In this document: in pieces, positions 16,200 through 29,479 of the stretch
How positions within the stretch are numbered: position 1 is the first letter of the stretch
Layout of the letters: every line of letters begins with the position of its first letter
DNA from: Octopus vulgaris
Taxonomy: Eukaryota
NCBI GenBank assembly: GCA_951406725.2
Contig: OX597823.1
Location: 46,252,001 to 46,316,000, forward strand
Direction of reading: 5' to 3'
DNA: 64,000 bases
The notes under the pieces: generated by a model
Told to the model about the DNA's origin: nothing
Database searches by the model: none
The model's input: only the letters and a program-made list of their open reading frames with translations
Made by a program: the position numbers and the translations under genes

Positions 16200-18400
16200 C
16201 CTGATAGTCACCTTTCACCTCACATGTCGTAAGCAGAGTTGGAGTTCTTTACTGACAAGTAATTCTGTTACCTGCGCATATTGAATATAACTTTGGTAGT
16301 TTTCCATGCTTTACAGTTGATTCTAATAATTCTTCTCTTTCTTTTGTTGTTAAGAGCATCTTCCTTCATCCAATGTCAGTTAATTTGCGATATTTTCTTC
16401 TTTTCGCCTCCAGTTGCCGTGTCTATTGTAGCTTATCACATTCAAGCTGTAGATTAATGCCAGGACTCCCAAAGTATATTTGGGTTCCATTTATTATTTT
16501 AAATTAAGTTCATTCTTCAGGAGCATCATATTCAGTCCAGGTATAGTTTTCTATATAGTATAGTTTTCTTATTTTGTTAACTTGTATTTGTTAGTTTCCA
16601 CTAATCCCCAGACATCCATGCATCTTTTAATGTTTCTAAATATGTCACTGCATGGTTGATTTTATAATCAGTGTTTACTACTTAATCAATTTCTTACATT
16701 AAAAGTGTGTCTAGTATATATGCAATAAACAAAATCGTTACTGATATCGAAGCTATGAAGTATTACAATTTAGAAAATATTTTTTTAACTGTATCTTTGA
16801 GCTGTATCTCTCTTTGATGTTTCCCATGTTGAGCAAATGACTGATCTTGGTACCACAAATCTCATTGCCACTTCCTGAGTCGATTCATGCTAAACTTAAT
16901 GGAGCACGAGCCAAGCAGAATAGCAGCAATGGGGGCTTACATTTTCTTGAAGTATTCCATTTGTAATATAAAGATATTTGTTTTTAAGATACTTTCTGTG
17001 CTGGATATTTGAGTAGCATCCAAGTTTTATGCACTTATAACCCCATAGAGATAATATATACAACTCACTTGATTCAGGGGTCAATAACTGTGATGCATGT
17101 ATTTAAGCGTTTTTATAACCTACTCGGTAGATATTTTTTTTCGTTCTTGTTCCTCTCATTTTCACAGCAACTATTCCCGTATAAACTGGGCTTCTGATTT
17201 TGGTAAAAATTATTCTATCAATGTTTGCATGTGTGTATTTGTACAGGGAAAATATTTACAAATTTTATCTGTAAATTTTTAAATTTATATATTCCCTGCA
17301 ACATCTATTTTTTGCTTTTGTTTGTTTCTCATATCTTGCATCTTCTGTTCTACCAGTTTCTTTTTTCGCGATATTCTAGTTTTCTTTGTTCTTTCGATTT
17401 CATGTTACATGTAATTTATTTTCTTCCTTTGTCAACAATTTTGTATTTCTATATTAGATCTTAAACATATATCGATAACGTTGTTGAACGGTAAATGCTG
17501 AACGTTGAATGTTGATTACTGCATTTCTAGTATTCGTTCTGAGGTTTGTTTTGTTAATTTCTCAGTGTTTTCTCTTCCAAAAGAATTAGTCACTTTATAC
17601 GCTGTAGCATTTGTTTCCCAATTTATACCTATACTATTTGCTGTATAATTATTTTTACTACACATGCATGCACAATAAGTTTGTTTAGAACTAATTTTCT
17701 CGGTCGGTTTAATTAGCTGCTTCCTACTGTATTTTCTAAGAGATTTGCGTTAGATATTTTTATGCATATTATTACTTTACAGAGCAAGGTTCGATATTTG
17801 TTCTTTACTTTTTATTACATCAATCATGATATGTTGTTGAGGATAAGAATTGCTCTTTTTCCTATCTAACCTATAAAAAAATCCCATGATTATATAATGC
17901 GTCTGTACCGTATATATGCCGTATATTTGTTCCTGTGCACTTATATTACAAAAAGAGTAGTTGGCAGAATCCAAAGAGTACTAGACAAACTGATTGGCAG
18001 TAGTTACGAATTTTTACATTCCGGGTTTTAATTTGTCCTTCGTGTTTTTTGGAGCCAATAAATTATACTTTGGTTGAATATTGGTGCCGATTTACTCAAT
18101 TACACCTCCTACACACAAAATTAAACTTTCTTTTTCAATTATGCCAAAATGTAAAATCGATATTATTTGTATTACTGTTTCGTCTTTGATATTTTATTTC
18201 AGAGAAAATGCCATTCAGATATTTTTAAAATTCCCCTTCTTACTTTCGGCTGTTTATAAATCATATATTCTTTTCAAAAATAATTTCGACTAAATATTAG
18301 TTGAGTTAGTACTTAGAGATTTTTCTCAATAGCGCAGGGTTGCAATGCTGTATACTTTTGATTTGTTTCTAAATCCGTTCGTATAAGATTTTTTTTTTTT
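16200..18400 (-). mobile_element. Very old retroelement debris (R4-like and possibly Penelope-like)
   Basis: Only short motif echoes, e.g. LGCYSNIQHRKYL at about 16990-17030 resembling the R4 C-terminal LGT..ILRKYL. No long ORF. Confidence 0.25.
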
Positions 18401-18675
18401 TTGTAAATATATTTTGATACGAAAGAATAAGTTTTGTATCGTTTTTATCATTGCTATATATTTTTTGCTGCTCTCAACTATTCTTGTTTCATATACTATG
18501 TGCTAAATAACAACTACATAGGTTTTGGTTCTTGAAAATTTTCTCTTGTTAATGCTTAGTTTTATGCTATCATCATCGTCGTCGTCGCGTCATGATCGTC
18601 ATCCTCATTGCTGTCGTCCACGTCGTTGTTTTGTTGTTACTGTTGTTGTTTTTCTTCTTCTTCTTCTTCTTCTTC

Positions 18676-18742
<67 letters not shown>

Positions 18743-18744
18743 TA

Positions 18745-19790
18745 TACACACAGCATATTAGACTTTTGGAAAAGAAAAATTCCCAAAATTGCTACTATCT
18801 ACTCAGAACTTGGTGTAATTTGTTGTCAGAGCTTGATTCTGGGCGCTGCATATCTATGGCTCAGTGCATGATTTCATATCACTTTTTCTTAGGTATCCAA
18901 GTGGTGATCTTGTCATTTCCTTTGATTTCTTTGAGGTATAGCCAATGCAGTGGTTTCATTTTGCTGCTTTTTACTCTTTCCTCATCTTGTTTCTTAAATG
19001 TTTGTGGGCACATCACATTTTTAGTAGGTATTATATTGTTAATTTTAACAGCAGCAAGCAAGGGTTCATTCTGCTGTTTGATGTACCATCCCAGACTGTT
19101 CTTCTGATTGATAACACAGATCTTGCATCCTATGAGACCTCTTCCAACCCTGTGTCTAGGTACATACAGTCTGTCAGTATCACTTTTGAGGTGTAGTTCC
19201 TTGTTAATTATCATCACGTTTCTAGTTTTCCTGTCCATTTCCTCAAGCTCATTCTTTGTCCACCTAACAACACCTGTGCCATATCGCATTAAGGAAACAG
19301 CCCATATGTTCATTACCCTGATTTTGTTTTTTCCATTGAGTTTATTTCCCATAATTATCTTGGTTTTCTAAGATATTCTCGCCTAAAACTTTCTTTCATT
19401 TCACTTTCCTTGATTTTGTCGTATTCCAAAATCCCCAGATATTTATATTAATTAGTCTCAATATCATTGATTTTCTCGCCGTTGGGTAGCTCTACACTAC
19501 TTTGCCTCTTGTTATTATCAGCATACCACACTTTTTACTCCCAAATCTCATTCCGATATCTTTACTGAATATCTGCACTGTTGAAACTAGGCCATTTATT
19601 TCACTTTCGTTCTTTCCAAAAATCTTTAAGTCAGCCATATTTAACAGATGATTTAATTTCCCTCCATTTTTCAAGATGTACCACGATGTCACTTTCCGTA
19701 GTATCCGTGTGAGAGGTACCATACAAATCACACAAACAGCAATGGTGACAGTCTATCTCCTTGAAATATGCCTCTCTTGATGTTTACTAT
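18745..19790 (-). mobile_element. R4/Dong-like LINE fragment (RT core to thumb) between TAA tracts
   Basis: VNIKRGIFQGDRLSPLLF, LNHLLNMADLKIF (decayed YMDD), DIGMRFGSKKC, LDRKTR-like MDRKTR and LYVPR..GRGL in ORFs 19492-19731 and 18879-19352. Confidence 0.9.
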
Positions 19791-19847
19791 TATCATAAAA
19801 AATAATAATAATCAATAAAAAAGATAAAATAAATCATTCTTCTATTT

Positions 19848-19910
19848 CTTCTTCTTCTTCTTCTTCTTCTTCTTCTTCTTCTTCTTCTTCTTCTTCTTCT
19901 TCTAATTATA

Positions 19911-20002
<92 letters not shown>
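19848..20002. repeat. Compound (CTT)n-(TTA)n microsatellite at the 3' junction of the R4/Dong element
   Basis: Read directly. Confidence 0.95.
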
Positions 20003-20005
<3 letters not shown>

Positions 20006-23000
20006 TGCTCTTATTTTTATCACGTGCTTTCACTACATTACCAAGCGTGTGGTATGTGCTGTGGTTTGTTGTGATGCTCTGATGGTTACTGTATTGAAAG
20101 TATTTTACATAGGATGTGTGCGGTGCCTAGTAGTGCTATTTTCTGTATATTATATATACGTGTTAGTCCTGGTGTTTTTGCTATGTATTTGTCTGAATTT
20201 TTTATCACACCTAATGCGCCTACTATGATAGGAATTGTTTCTGCTTTTAGACTCCACATTCGAGTTACCTCTATTTTCGGATCTTTTTATTTTGAAAGTG
20301 TCTCCATTTCTTTTAGAGAAACATTGTCATCGATTGGTATTGATACATCAATTTGAAAGCATTATTTTTCTCGGTGATCTCTGACAACTATATCTGATCT
20401 GTTGGCCTTAATTTCTCTATCTGTGTGTATTAGCATATCCCAGAGTATGATAGCTTTCTCATTTTCTTTTACCTTTTCTGGCGTGTGCCAATACCATTTT
20501 TTTCAGTTGTTATTCTAGTGTTGGTACGGCTTCCAGTGTATGTAGGTCCCTACTCTGTCGTGTTTGTGAATATATTCCATCTTAGCCAGGACTGAGCAGC
20601 CAGAGACAATATGATTTATTGCTTCTTGTCCATCTCCACATATTCTGCAGTTACTTGTATTTCTTTTTGTTACAGGTTCTTCGTAATTTCTGGTGTGAAG
20701 GCTTTGATCGTGTGCTGCAATTAAAAATCCTTCATTCTCTGCTTTGAGTCCTAAGCTTGTTGGGATTTTGCTTCATCTATTTCTTTTCTGTTTAGTTTAA
20801 CCCAACATTTGCCATGAAGAAGCTTCTCTTGCCAGCGTTTTATTATGATCCGTTGCTATTTAAGTTTTAGTTTGGATTTCAGTTGTTTTACATCTTTCGT
20901 TGTTTCTTCTTTTTCTTCATAGATGTTAGGTACTATGACTTCTTTTTTGTATTTGTCAGCTTCCTTAAAAACTGAAAACATTTTTTTTCTTGTTTTGTTC
21001 GTGTTTCGTGACTATTTGTATTAGTTTTCCTTGCTTCAGAATTAGGTATTCCTGTAATCCTATGTTCGTTATTTTATAATAGTTTTCTAACTGTATAAGG
21101 CTTCTACCACCTTCGATACGTTGTATATATAGCCTTTCTATGCCAGATTTTGGGTGGTGCATCATAAATCCTGTCACTATTTTTCCTGTTTTCCTGTCCA
21201 TTTTGATTAGTTCATTTACAATCCAGTTAAGAACATTGTAGTTGTAACTTATAACTGGAACGGCTAGACTGTTGACACCTGTTATCTTGTTTTTCGCATT
21301 GAGCTCTGCTTTCAGTATTAATCTAACTCGTCTATAGTATTCTTTTCTTATCTTCTTTTTCATTTGTGCGTGTTGTATCGTATCTAGTTCATTGATTACC
21401 AAGTATTTGTTCGTCTGGCTTTGGTCTAATTCTTTTATTCCATTTGCTTTATCTAGTGTGATGTTGCTACTCATAACTAGTTTTCCTCGTTTCAAGGTTG
21501 CTTTGGCACATTTCATGTTTATTTCTTTGGTAAATACATGTACTGTCTGTAGTAATGTTTCCAGCTGTTTATCATTTGCAGTGTATAGTTTTAGATCATC
21601 TATATATAAGAGGTTTGATTGTTTTGTCGTAACAGTCGTATCCACATCCTGTTGTGATTAGCACTTAAGATAAAGGTATCAATGCCAAACAGAAAAGGAG
21701 TAAAGAAAGCTTATCTCCCTGGAATATTCCTCTTCTAATGGGGATGGCTTTGTTTTTTATGAGTCCCTCTTTTGTCCCTCTTTTGTCTGGAGCTGTAGCA
21801 TTATCTGCCATATATTTATAGAATGTTTTATATATTTTGTGATTATCATTGCTACCTTGTTCATGGCTAGTGTTTCTAGGATCCATGTGTAGGGAATGTT
21901 ATCAAAAGCCTTTCGGTAATCGACCCAGGCATACTTAGACCCTTCTTGTTCCTGCAGATGTCTTCAGTTATGGCTTTATCGATTTGTAGCTGTGATATTT
22001 ACAGCCGTATGAGCCCTTTCAGCATCCTCCTACTCTTCTGGAAACAGGTTGTATTCTTCCAAATGTTTGATCATTCTCTGCGATTTCATTGCAGTAAAGG
22101 ATTTGTAAATTGTAGGCAGACAAGTTATCGGTCTGCAATTTTGTGGGTTTGCCTTTTCAGTGGACTTGGGAATTAGAATAATTTTCCCTTCTGTGAGACA
22201 TTCAGGCATTGTTTCTGGTTCTACTAGTATTTCATTAAACTTCTCAGCCAGATTTTTGTATTTTTACCTATTGGGTATTTTAACCGGCAGTTGGGGATCT
22301 TCTTGTGCCCGGGGGTCTTCCAGTTGTTTAGATTTTGCAGTGACTAGTTGACCTCTTCAGTTGTTATAGGGGTCCAGAGTTGTTCAGGTGCTGTATTCGT
22401 TGTTTTGATAGACCATTTCTGAGGTTGTTCCTTCACCGACCATATTTCTTTCCAAAATTCTTCCACTTCTGCTATTGGTGCTGCATTGATCTCTATTTTA
22501 TTTTTGCCAAGCCCTTGGTAGAATCTTTTGATGTTGGAGTTGAATTGTTTGTTTTGTTCAAAGAAGCGTTGGCGTTTCTCATACCGGCGGATTGTTTGTA
22601 CTTTGGCGAGGATGTCTTGCTTTAGCTGTTCTTTTACCTCAGGTGTACCTTGTTCAGTAATTTTGTATTTACGTAGTTTTTTTTCTGTTCTTGTTGCTTA
22701 GTAGTGTAAATTGTCTACTAGATTCGTTAATGATTGTCAGATACTTTCTCTTATTTTCAATTGTGTTATATTACTTATCCACAAGGTTTGTTTGGGTCGT
22801 GATGCTCCTGTTTGGATGGATTTGAGGGGGAGTTCGGCTTCTTTTGTGGCCTCGGGGGCTTCTGCATATATTATATCATTTAACCTGATCATATTGACAT
22901 TTGTTTCTGTGGCTATTAGTTCTGTGACGGCCAGATTCATGATATTTATTATCGATGTTATTTTATTATCTATTTTAATTTTTTGGAAGGTATAATCGGT

Positions 23001-23792
23001 GGTCCATACTGAGATCTGTGGTTTTCAATTCTTTGATTATGCTCATTTTTATAGTCATTTTATAATCATTAGTTTTACCTTCACTGTTTCCAAGTTTTAG
23101 ATTTGTTTAGTATCCCACTCCTGTTCATATTTTTATCTGTGGCGTTCTGGTTTTGTAAATTTTGTTTATCATTATACATTCCAACGGTCTGGGTTTGTTA
23201 TATTTTGTTGTTTACTTCGTTTTTGTTGGACATGTTACTTTTGTTTTCGTATTTTACAGACCCATTGCTTATGATATTATATGGCATTGCTGTGTGGTTA
23301 CTGATGTAGTTTTCGTTTTAAGTGTTCTATTTCTATTTCTGATGTTTGTGTTTTGAGAATATATCTCTGTATGTTAGCTCGTTTATTAAGGTTCCTTACT
23401 GTGTCCAGATCTTTATCTAAGTTATTTTCTTCCAGATTTTATATGTATATGTTGTGTTTTCATTCAGTATGGAGAGTACTGAATTTTTTATTATATTTGC
23501 TGGACATGAGGAATAAGGTCCGACCCTTTATTTTGATGGTCATCATTTTATATAGGGTACTGGTCCGTTCATTTCTGATGTCAAATGGTTTTTCACCTGT
23601 GGTTTTTCGTATTTTTGTTGAACAGGTTTAAAGTACATACTTCCCGTAGTTATCCCTGGGTTGAATAATACAGGTATTATTTAATTTATTTTTCTTTTTT
23701 TATGTGCATGGTGGTTGGAGGTGGAAATGGTCTGATGTTGATCGGATCGTAATGTGGCGAGCGTGTTTACACATTTTGCGCGAGTGATGGAG
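20003..23792 (-). mobile_element. Near full-length decayed R4/Dong-clade non-LTR retrotransposon (RT, CCHC knuckle, restriction-like endonuclease)
   Basis: Minus-strand motifs in order: AWVDYRKAFDNIP, GIFQGDKLSLLLFCLAL, LLYIDDLKLY, CRICGDGQEAINHIVSGC...KHDRV, ILWD...ANRSDIVV...IDVSIP...IPIIVGALG. Stop near 20087, short 3' UTR, then (TAA)n. Many stops and frameshifts. Confidence 0.93.
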
Positions 23793-23813
23793 ATGATGAT
23801 GATGATGATGATG

Positions 23814-24280
<467 letters not shown>

Positions 24281-24782
24281 ATTATTATTATTTTCATTGT
24301 TGTTGTTGATGTTGTTGTTGTTGTGGCTGTTGTTGTTATTCGCAGCTGAAATCACTCCGACGAAAACCTTCAAAGTTTTTCACTTTTCATATTATTTAAA
24401 CATGAAGACTTTGATACAGAAAGAAGACCTTGATACTGAAAGAAAGCGAACAGTTTGAGACGTGCTTTTCGATTGATTGTACCTTTAATAAGGTATGATG
24501 TTTTATTTAGCAGGGTTCTTTTCCGACTGTTTGTTGTTGTGAGCTCTGATATAGTTGCTTTTTTAAAAGTTTTAGTTAATTTTTATGTCTTACCAATGAT
24601 CCTTTTATTTTCAATGTTGTTTTCACTATCAATCCTACGTGCTATTTATACGTGCTAAATTTCAAGTTTCTAGAACTCTAATAGTTCCTGCAACATCCTA
24701 CCTAGGAAAGGATTTTCATCAGAAAGACAAAAAATATATATCCAAGCCTTTATATGCGTTGTTTTATTTCAAACTTTGTCTC

Positions 24783-24819
<37 letters not shown>

Positions 24820-25301
24820 ATTAATTTCCCCTAAGTTCTCAATTTTTATCGTCCACAACTCATATGCCTATCAATGAGAGACAGGCGTTTTTAAGTTTGG
24901 TACGAACCATGTGACAGAAAACTGGTTCTGGACCATATATATTCCTATGGTGATTACATTGAAACCGTACCAAGAATTTCATCATAGAGCATCGTACGTC
25001 TGCCAATGTTTATGTTGTTGATCAGATGATTAGACATCAGACAGACGCCCGTATTACTCTTTATTTAATATATTTTGTGCACAATAATAATTTGTAAATC
25101 AAAAACCAATTATCAGTTATACACTATAATCGTTTTCTTTTATTTATCTTGAATTCCAATTGTTTGTTTTTTTTTCTTCTACGCATGCATTGATCATTAT
25201 TCAAGTACTTGGAATGCGTAAAAATTCGTTGTATTCATTGGGATTGATGTGGTTTATTTTCTGTACTGTACCATAACAACATTTAGAGAAATAGACATTG
25301 G

Positions 25302-25720
25302 GGAAGTTTTCGGTTTGAACGGCAGTTTTTGACTTAATTTCTAGGTAACTAAAAAAATGCTAAACTTCGTATACTGGTAGAATGTGTTTATAAAACATCT
25401 TTTTCTCTTGGCTTTATTGAGAAAATTCTATAGTTTGTAAGATATTTGTTGGTTATTTTTCTTCAATTTCTGCAATTTCAACCAATCACTGACGTCCATT
25501 GAGGTAAAAAACATTCTGTGCGGTATGAATATGTCCCTCGTTTTAGAAACAGATTGGGTTTATTTACATTTGTGAAGAAAAAAAGATACCCTTCTCCCTA
25601 CCCCTAACCCTAACCCTAACCCTAAAACAGATTGAAACGCAATAGGTCGATACTAGGGTCATGGGTGACAATTTCAAATGACACCGCTAGAAAAAACTGC
25701 CGTTCAAACCGAAAAGATTC
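25302..25720. mobile_element. MITE with ~30-bp terminal inverted repeats (TIRs), 8-bp TSD and internal telomeric repeats
   Basis: TIR core TTTTCGGTTTGAACGGCAGTTTTT / AAAAACTGCCGTTCAAACCGAAAA; TSD GACATTGG at 25294-25301 and 25721-25728; (CCCTAA)4 at 25602-25625. Confidence 0.92.
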
Positions 25721-26050
25721 GACATTGGTAAAACAAGTTTCTAGAACTCAAATAGTTCCTGCAATATCCTACCTAGGAAAGGGGTATACTGAAATAACTA
25801 TCAAAATAATAAACAAATAAAAGAATTTATATAACATATTTATTTGACTAATGATTACCTTATGGGTGATAGAACAGAAATGAATTTCTAATAAGTTATA
25901 TTGTCGACTTCTTTTCATATTTTATCGGTCGTCATTTGTCATACGAATAATGTAAATTTTCTACTTTCTATTTCGTTCCCTAGTTAGAGCATGATGTTCC
26001 TAAACGGAGCCGAATAAAATTGCATTTCAGCAAAATGAAAATTTCTGTTT

Positions 26051-26825
26051 AGCAGACGACAATTAATTTCACTTAAGCTTATGGGCTGCGGTAGTAATTG
26101 ATGAATTAAAAGAATTAGCACAGTAACAAAACGCTACACTTTTCATCGCATCCATCTTCATTAACTTAATATTCCTATTTCTGACACAATTATAACTTTA
26201 ATAGTTACTCCTGCTCTCAGTATATCATATGTACGTGTGTGTGTGTGCGTGTGGTATTTATCTTGATATTCCAATTGTTTCACTTTTTTTCTTCTACGCA
26301 TGCATTCCGGAAGACACACTTCTCTATGTCTATCAGTCTGTCTTTCAGTGTGCAAGTGTGCGTGAGTGATGTGTGCGCATGTGTACGTATGTGTGTGCGT
26401 GTGTGTATGTAAGTGTGTGTGTGTGTATGTGTGTGCTCTTCCTCAAACTGAGTATTTAACCGATTAACATAATAGTGTTTCCTATCTCCTCCCATTCACC
26501 TCTGCCGCATTCCGCTCCATTAAACACTTTTCTCGTTCTAAGTCTATATTTCTCCCCCCTTTCTCTCCCCTTCTCTCACATGCTTTATATCTCTCTTTCC
26601 TTTTCCTTTCACCTAACAGTTTCACAACCTCGTATATGTACACTAGCACATTAATGTTACATATGCTTGTAACTTCTATTTCCAGCTTTTTTTTTGTTCT
26701 TGTTTTCTTTTTCGATTATTGTTGAAATTATCCATTGAATGAAAGGCTTATATAATATCACTCTTTTAAGCCTAAACATATCCTATAGAAAACAAGCTAT
26801 CAATTTCTTTCTCAACACACACACA

Positions 26826-26896
<71 letters not shown>

Positions 26897-26954
26897 TGTT
26901 ATTATTATTATTTTTATTATTATTATCATCATTATTATTATTATAATTATTATA

Positions 26955-27016
<62 letters not shown>

Positions 27017-28075
27017 CAACATCATCATCATCATCATTATTATTATTCAGCAGTTTTATTTTTATCACGTGCTTTCACTGCACAATCGAGTGCAGCTTTG
27101 TGTGCCTTGGGTATGTGCTGTAGTTTGTTGTGGTGCTTTTATTTTCACTGCGTTGAAAGTACTTTACGTAGGATGTGCGCGACACCTAGTAGTACTACAT
27201 CTGTACGTTATATACCATTATTATTATTAGCAGACGACAATTAATTTCACTTAAGCTTATGGGCTGCGTAAGTAATTGATGAATTAAAAGAATTAGCACA
27301 GTAACAAAACGCTACACTTTTCATCGCATCCATCTTCATTAACCAATATTCCTATTTCTGACACAATTATAACTTTAATAGTTACTCCTGCTCTCACTGT
27401 ATATCATATGTACGTGTGTGTGTGTGTGCGTGTGGTTGGGTGGGTTTCGTTATATATCACTAGGTTTCACTTTCCTTTATCCTCATATATACCGCGTTTC
27501 TTCGGAAGACACATTCTCTATGTCTATCAGTCTGTCTTATCATGTATGTATGCATTATTTGTGTGCGTGAGTGTGTGTGCGCATGTGTGTATGTGTGTGC
27601 GTGTGTGTATGTAAGTGTCTGTGTGTATGTGTGTGCTCTTCCTCAAACTGAGTATTTAACCGATTAACATAATAGTGTTTCCTATCTCCTCCCATTCACC
27701 TCTGCCGCATTCCGCTCCATTAAACACTTTTCTCTTTCTAAGTCTATATTTCTCCCCCCCCCTTTCTCTCCCCTTCTCACATGCTTTATATCTCTCTTTC
27801 CTTTTCCTTTCACCTAACAGTTTCACAACCTCGTATATGTACACTAGCACATTAATGTTACATATGCTTGTAACTTTTATTTCCAGCTTTTTTTTGTTTG
27901 TTTTTGTTTTCTTTTTCGATTATTGTTGAAATTATCCATTGAATGAGAGGCTTATATAATATCACTCTTTTAAGCCTAACATATCCTATAGAAAACAAGC
28001 TATCAATTTCTTTCTCAACACACACACAATTATTATTATTATTATTATTATTATCATTATTATTATTATTATTAC
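26051..28075 (+). repeat. Tandem segmental duplication (unit 1 26051-27228, unit 2 27229-28075; the unit tail recurs at about 28453-28615)
   Basis: Both units start AGCAGACGACAATTAATTTCACTTAAGC and share long near-identical blocks. Confidence 0.9.
27047..27205 (-). mobile_element. R4/Dong 3'-terminal fragment in a TAA tract (second copy at 28453-28615)
   Basis: Homologous to 20003-20140 (CACGTGCTTTCACT...TTGAAAGTA.TTTAC.TAGGATGTG). Confidence 0.8.
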
Positions 28076-28614
28076 TTTTTTTTTCTTCTTTCAAATTTGC
28101 TTCCATTTCTTGCCGAGTGTCTTCCCGATTCCTAGGGCAAAGAAACTCATAGTATACATTGGTAGGCCATTAAACCAAACTCAATAGTTCGTTCATTTTT
28201 TTTTTTTAAGTTAAATTAAAATACATGAGCAGCAACAGTTCTCACATCGACAATGCCTTATTATTATTGAATACCTTCTATATACACTATAATATATATA
28301 CACTATAATCGTTTTCTTTTATTTATCTTGAATTCCAATTGTTTGTTTTTTTTTTCTTCTGTATATATATTATAATTATTATTATTATTGTGTATATATA
28401 TTATAATTATTATTATTATTATTATCATCATCATCATCATCATTATTATTATTCAGCAGATTTATTTTTACCACGTGCTTTCACTGCACAATCGAGTGCA
28501 GCTCGGTGTGCCTTGGATATGTGCTGTGGTTTGTTGTGGTGCTTTTATTTTCACTACATTGAAAGTACTTTACGTAGAATGTGCGCGACACTTAGTAGTG
28601 CTCCATCTGTGCAC

Positions 28615-28689
<75 letters not shown>

Positions 28690-28707
28690 CATTATTATTA
28701 TTATTAT

Positions 28708-29005
28708 ATGTTTGACTTTTGCTTTACATTTGCACAGGATGGCTCCAAGTCTCATCCAGAGACCTGAAGAGACAACAAGCTGGAAATTCATGTTGGTGCC
28801 ATATATTTGGTTTTGTACTTAGTGTTGTACTAGTGAATGCCTAAAAAACCATACGAAAATTATGTTTGTTTTAAAGCTTGAGATTACAAAGAAAGTATTT
28901 TGCGTAGGATATGAGCGGTTCCCATGGGCACTATTTTTTGAATTTATGCCATTTGGGGGTTTCCTGGTATCTGAGTTAGGTAGCAATCAGCCTCTTTTGA
29001 TATCT
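28708..29005 (-). mobile_element. R4/Dong 3' end, second subfamily
   Basis: Homologous to 55313-55705; encodes QIPGNP.MA.IQK.VPMGTAHILRKILSL; abuts (TTA)n. Confidence 0.85.
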
Positions 29006-29049
29006 ACACACCTCACCCCGCTCTCTCTTGCTTCCTCTTTCCTCTATCC

Positions 29050-29084
<35 letters not shown>

Positions 29085-29085
29085 G

Positions 29086-29409
29086 ATAAAGAAAAAAGAA
29101 AAACGAAAGGAAAAAAGAGATCCACTTACTGTAATGTGTTTTCTTTTTGCGTGACACCATTGCCCAAAGTTCCCGTGGTCTTTTCCGTAGGCTTTTCTAT
29201 CAACCGACAAACCTAATCTGTTTTCCCTTTTTACATTGACATTTTTGTGATACACGATCCCTATTGATCGGCCCAACTTCTTTTTTTCACGGTCCCTTTT
29301 GATCGGAATTCGCCCTCCCCTTTTTTTCCTTTTCTCTTCTTCCCGAAAAGAAAAGCTCTACTTTGTATTTTGTCCCTTTTGTGCTTAGCCCTGCGTGGCC
29401 AATAAATAA

Positions 29410-29410
<1 letters not shown>
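29086..29410 (+). mobile_element. Probable LINE 3' UTR fragment embedded in a (TATC)n microsatellite
   Basis: Ends AGCCCTGCGTGGCCAATAAATAAA followed by about 170 bp of (TATC)n; (TATC)n also lies upstream. A similar tail occurs at about 29805-29830. Confidence 0.5.

Positions 29411-29479
<69 letters not shown>

Noticed and set aside
25602-25625. Telomere repeat as a chromosome end or fusion scar
   Set aside because: Only four units, and they lie inside a TSD-bounded MITE.
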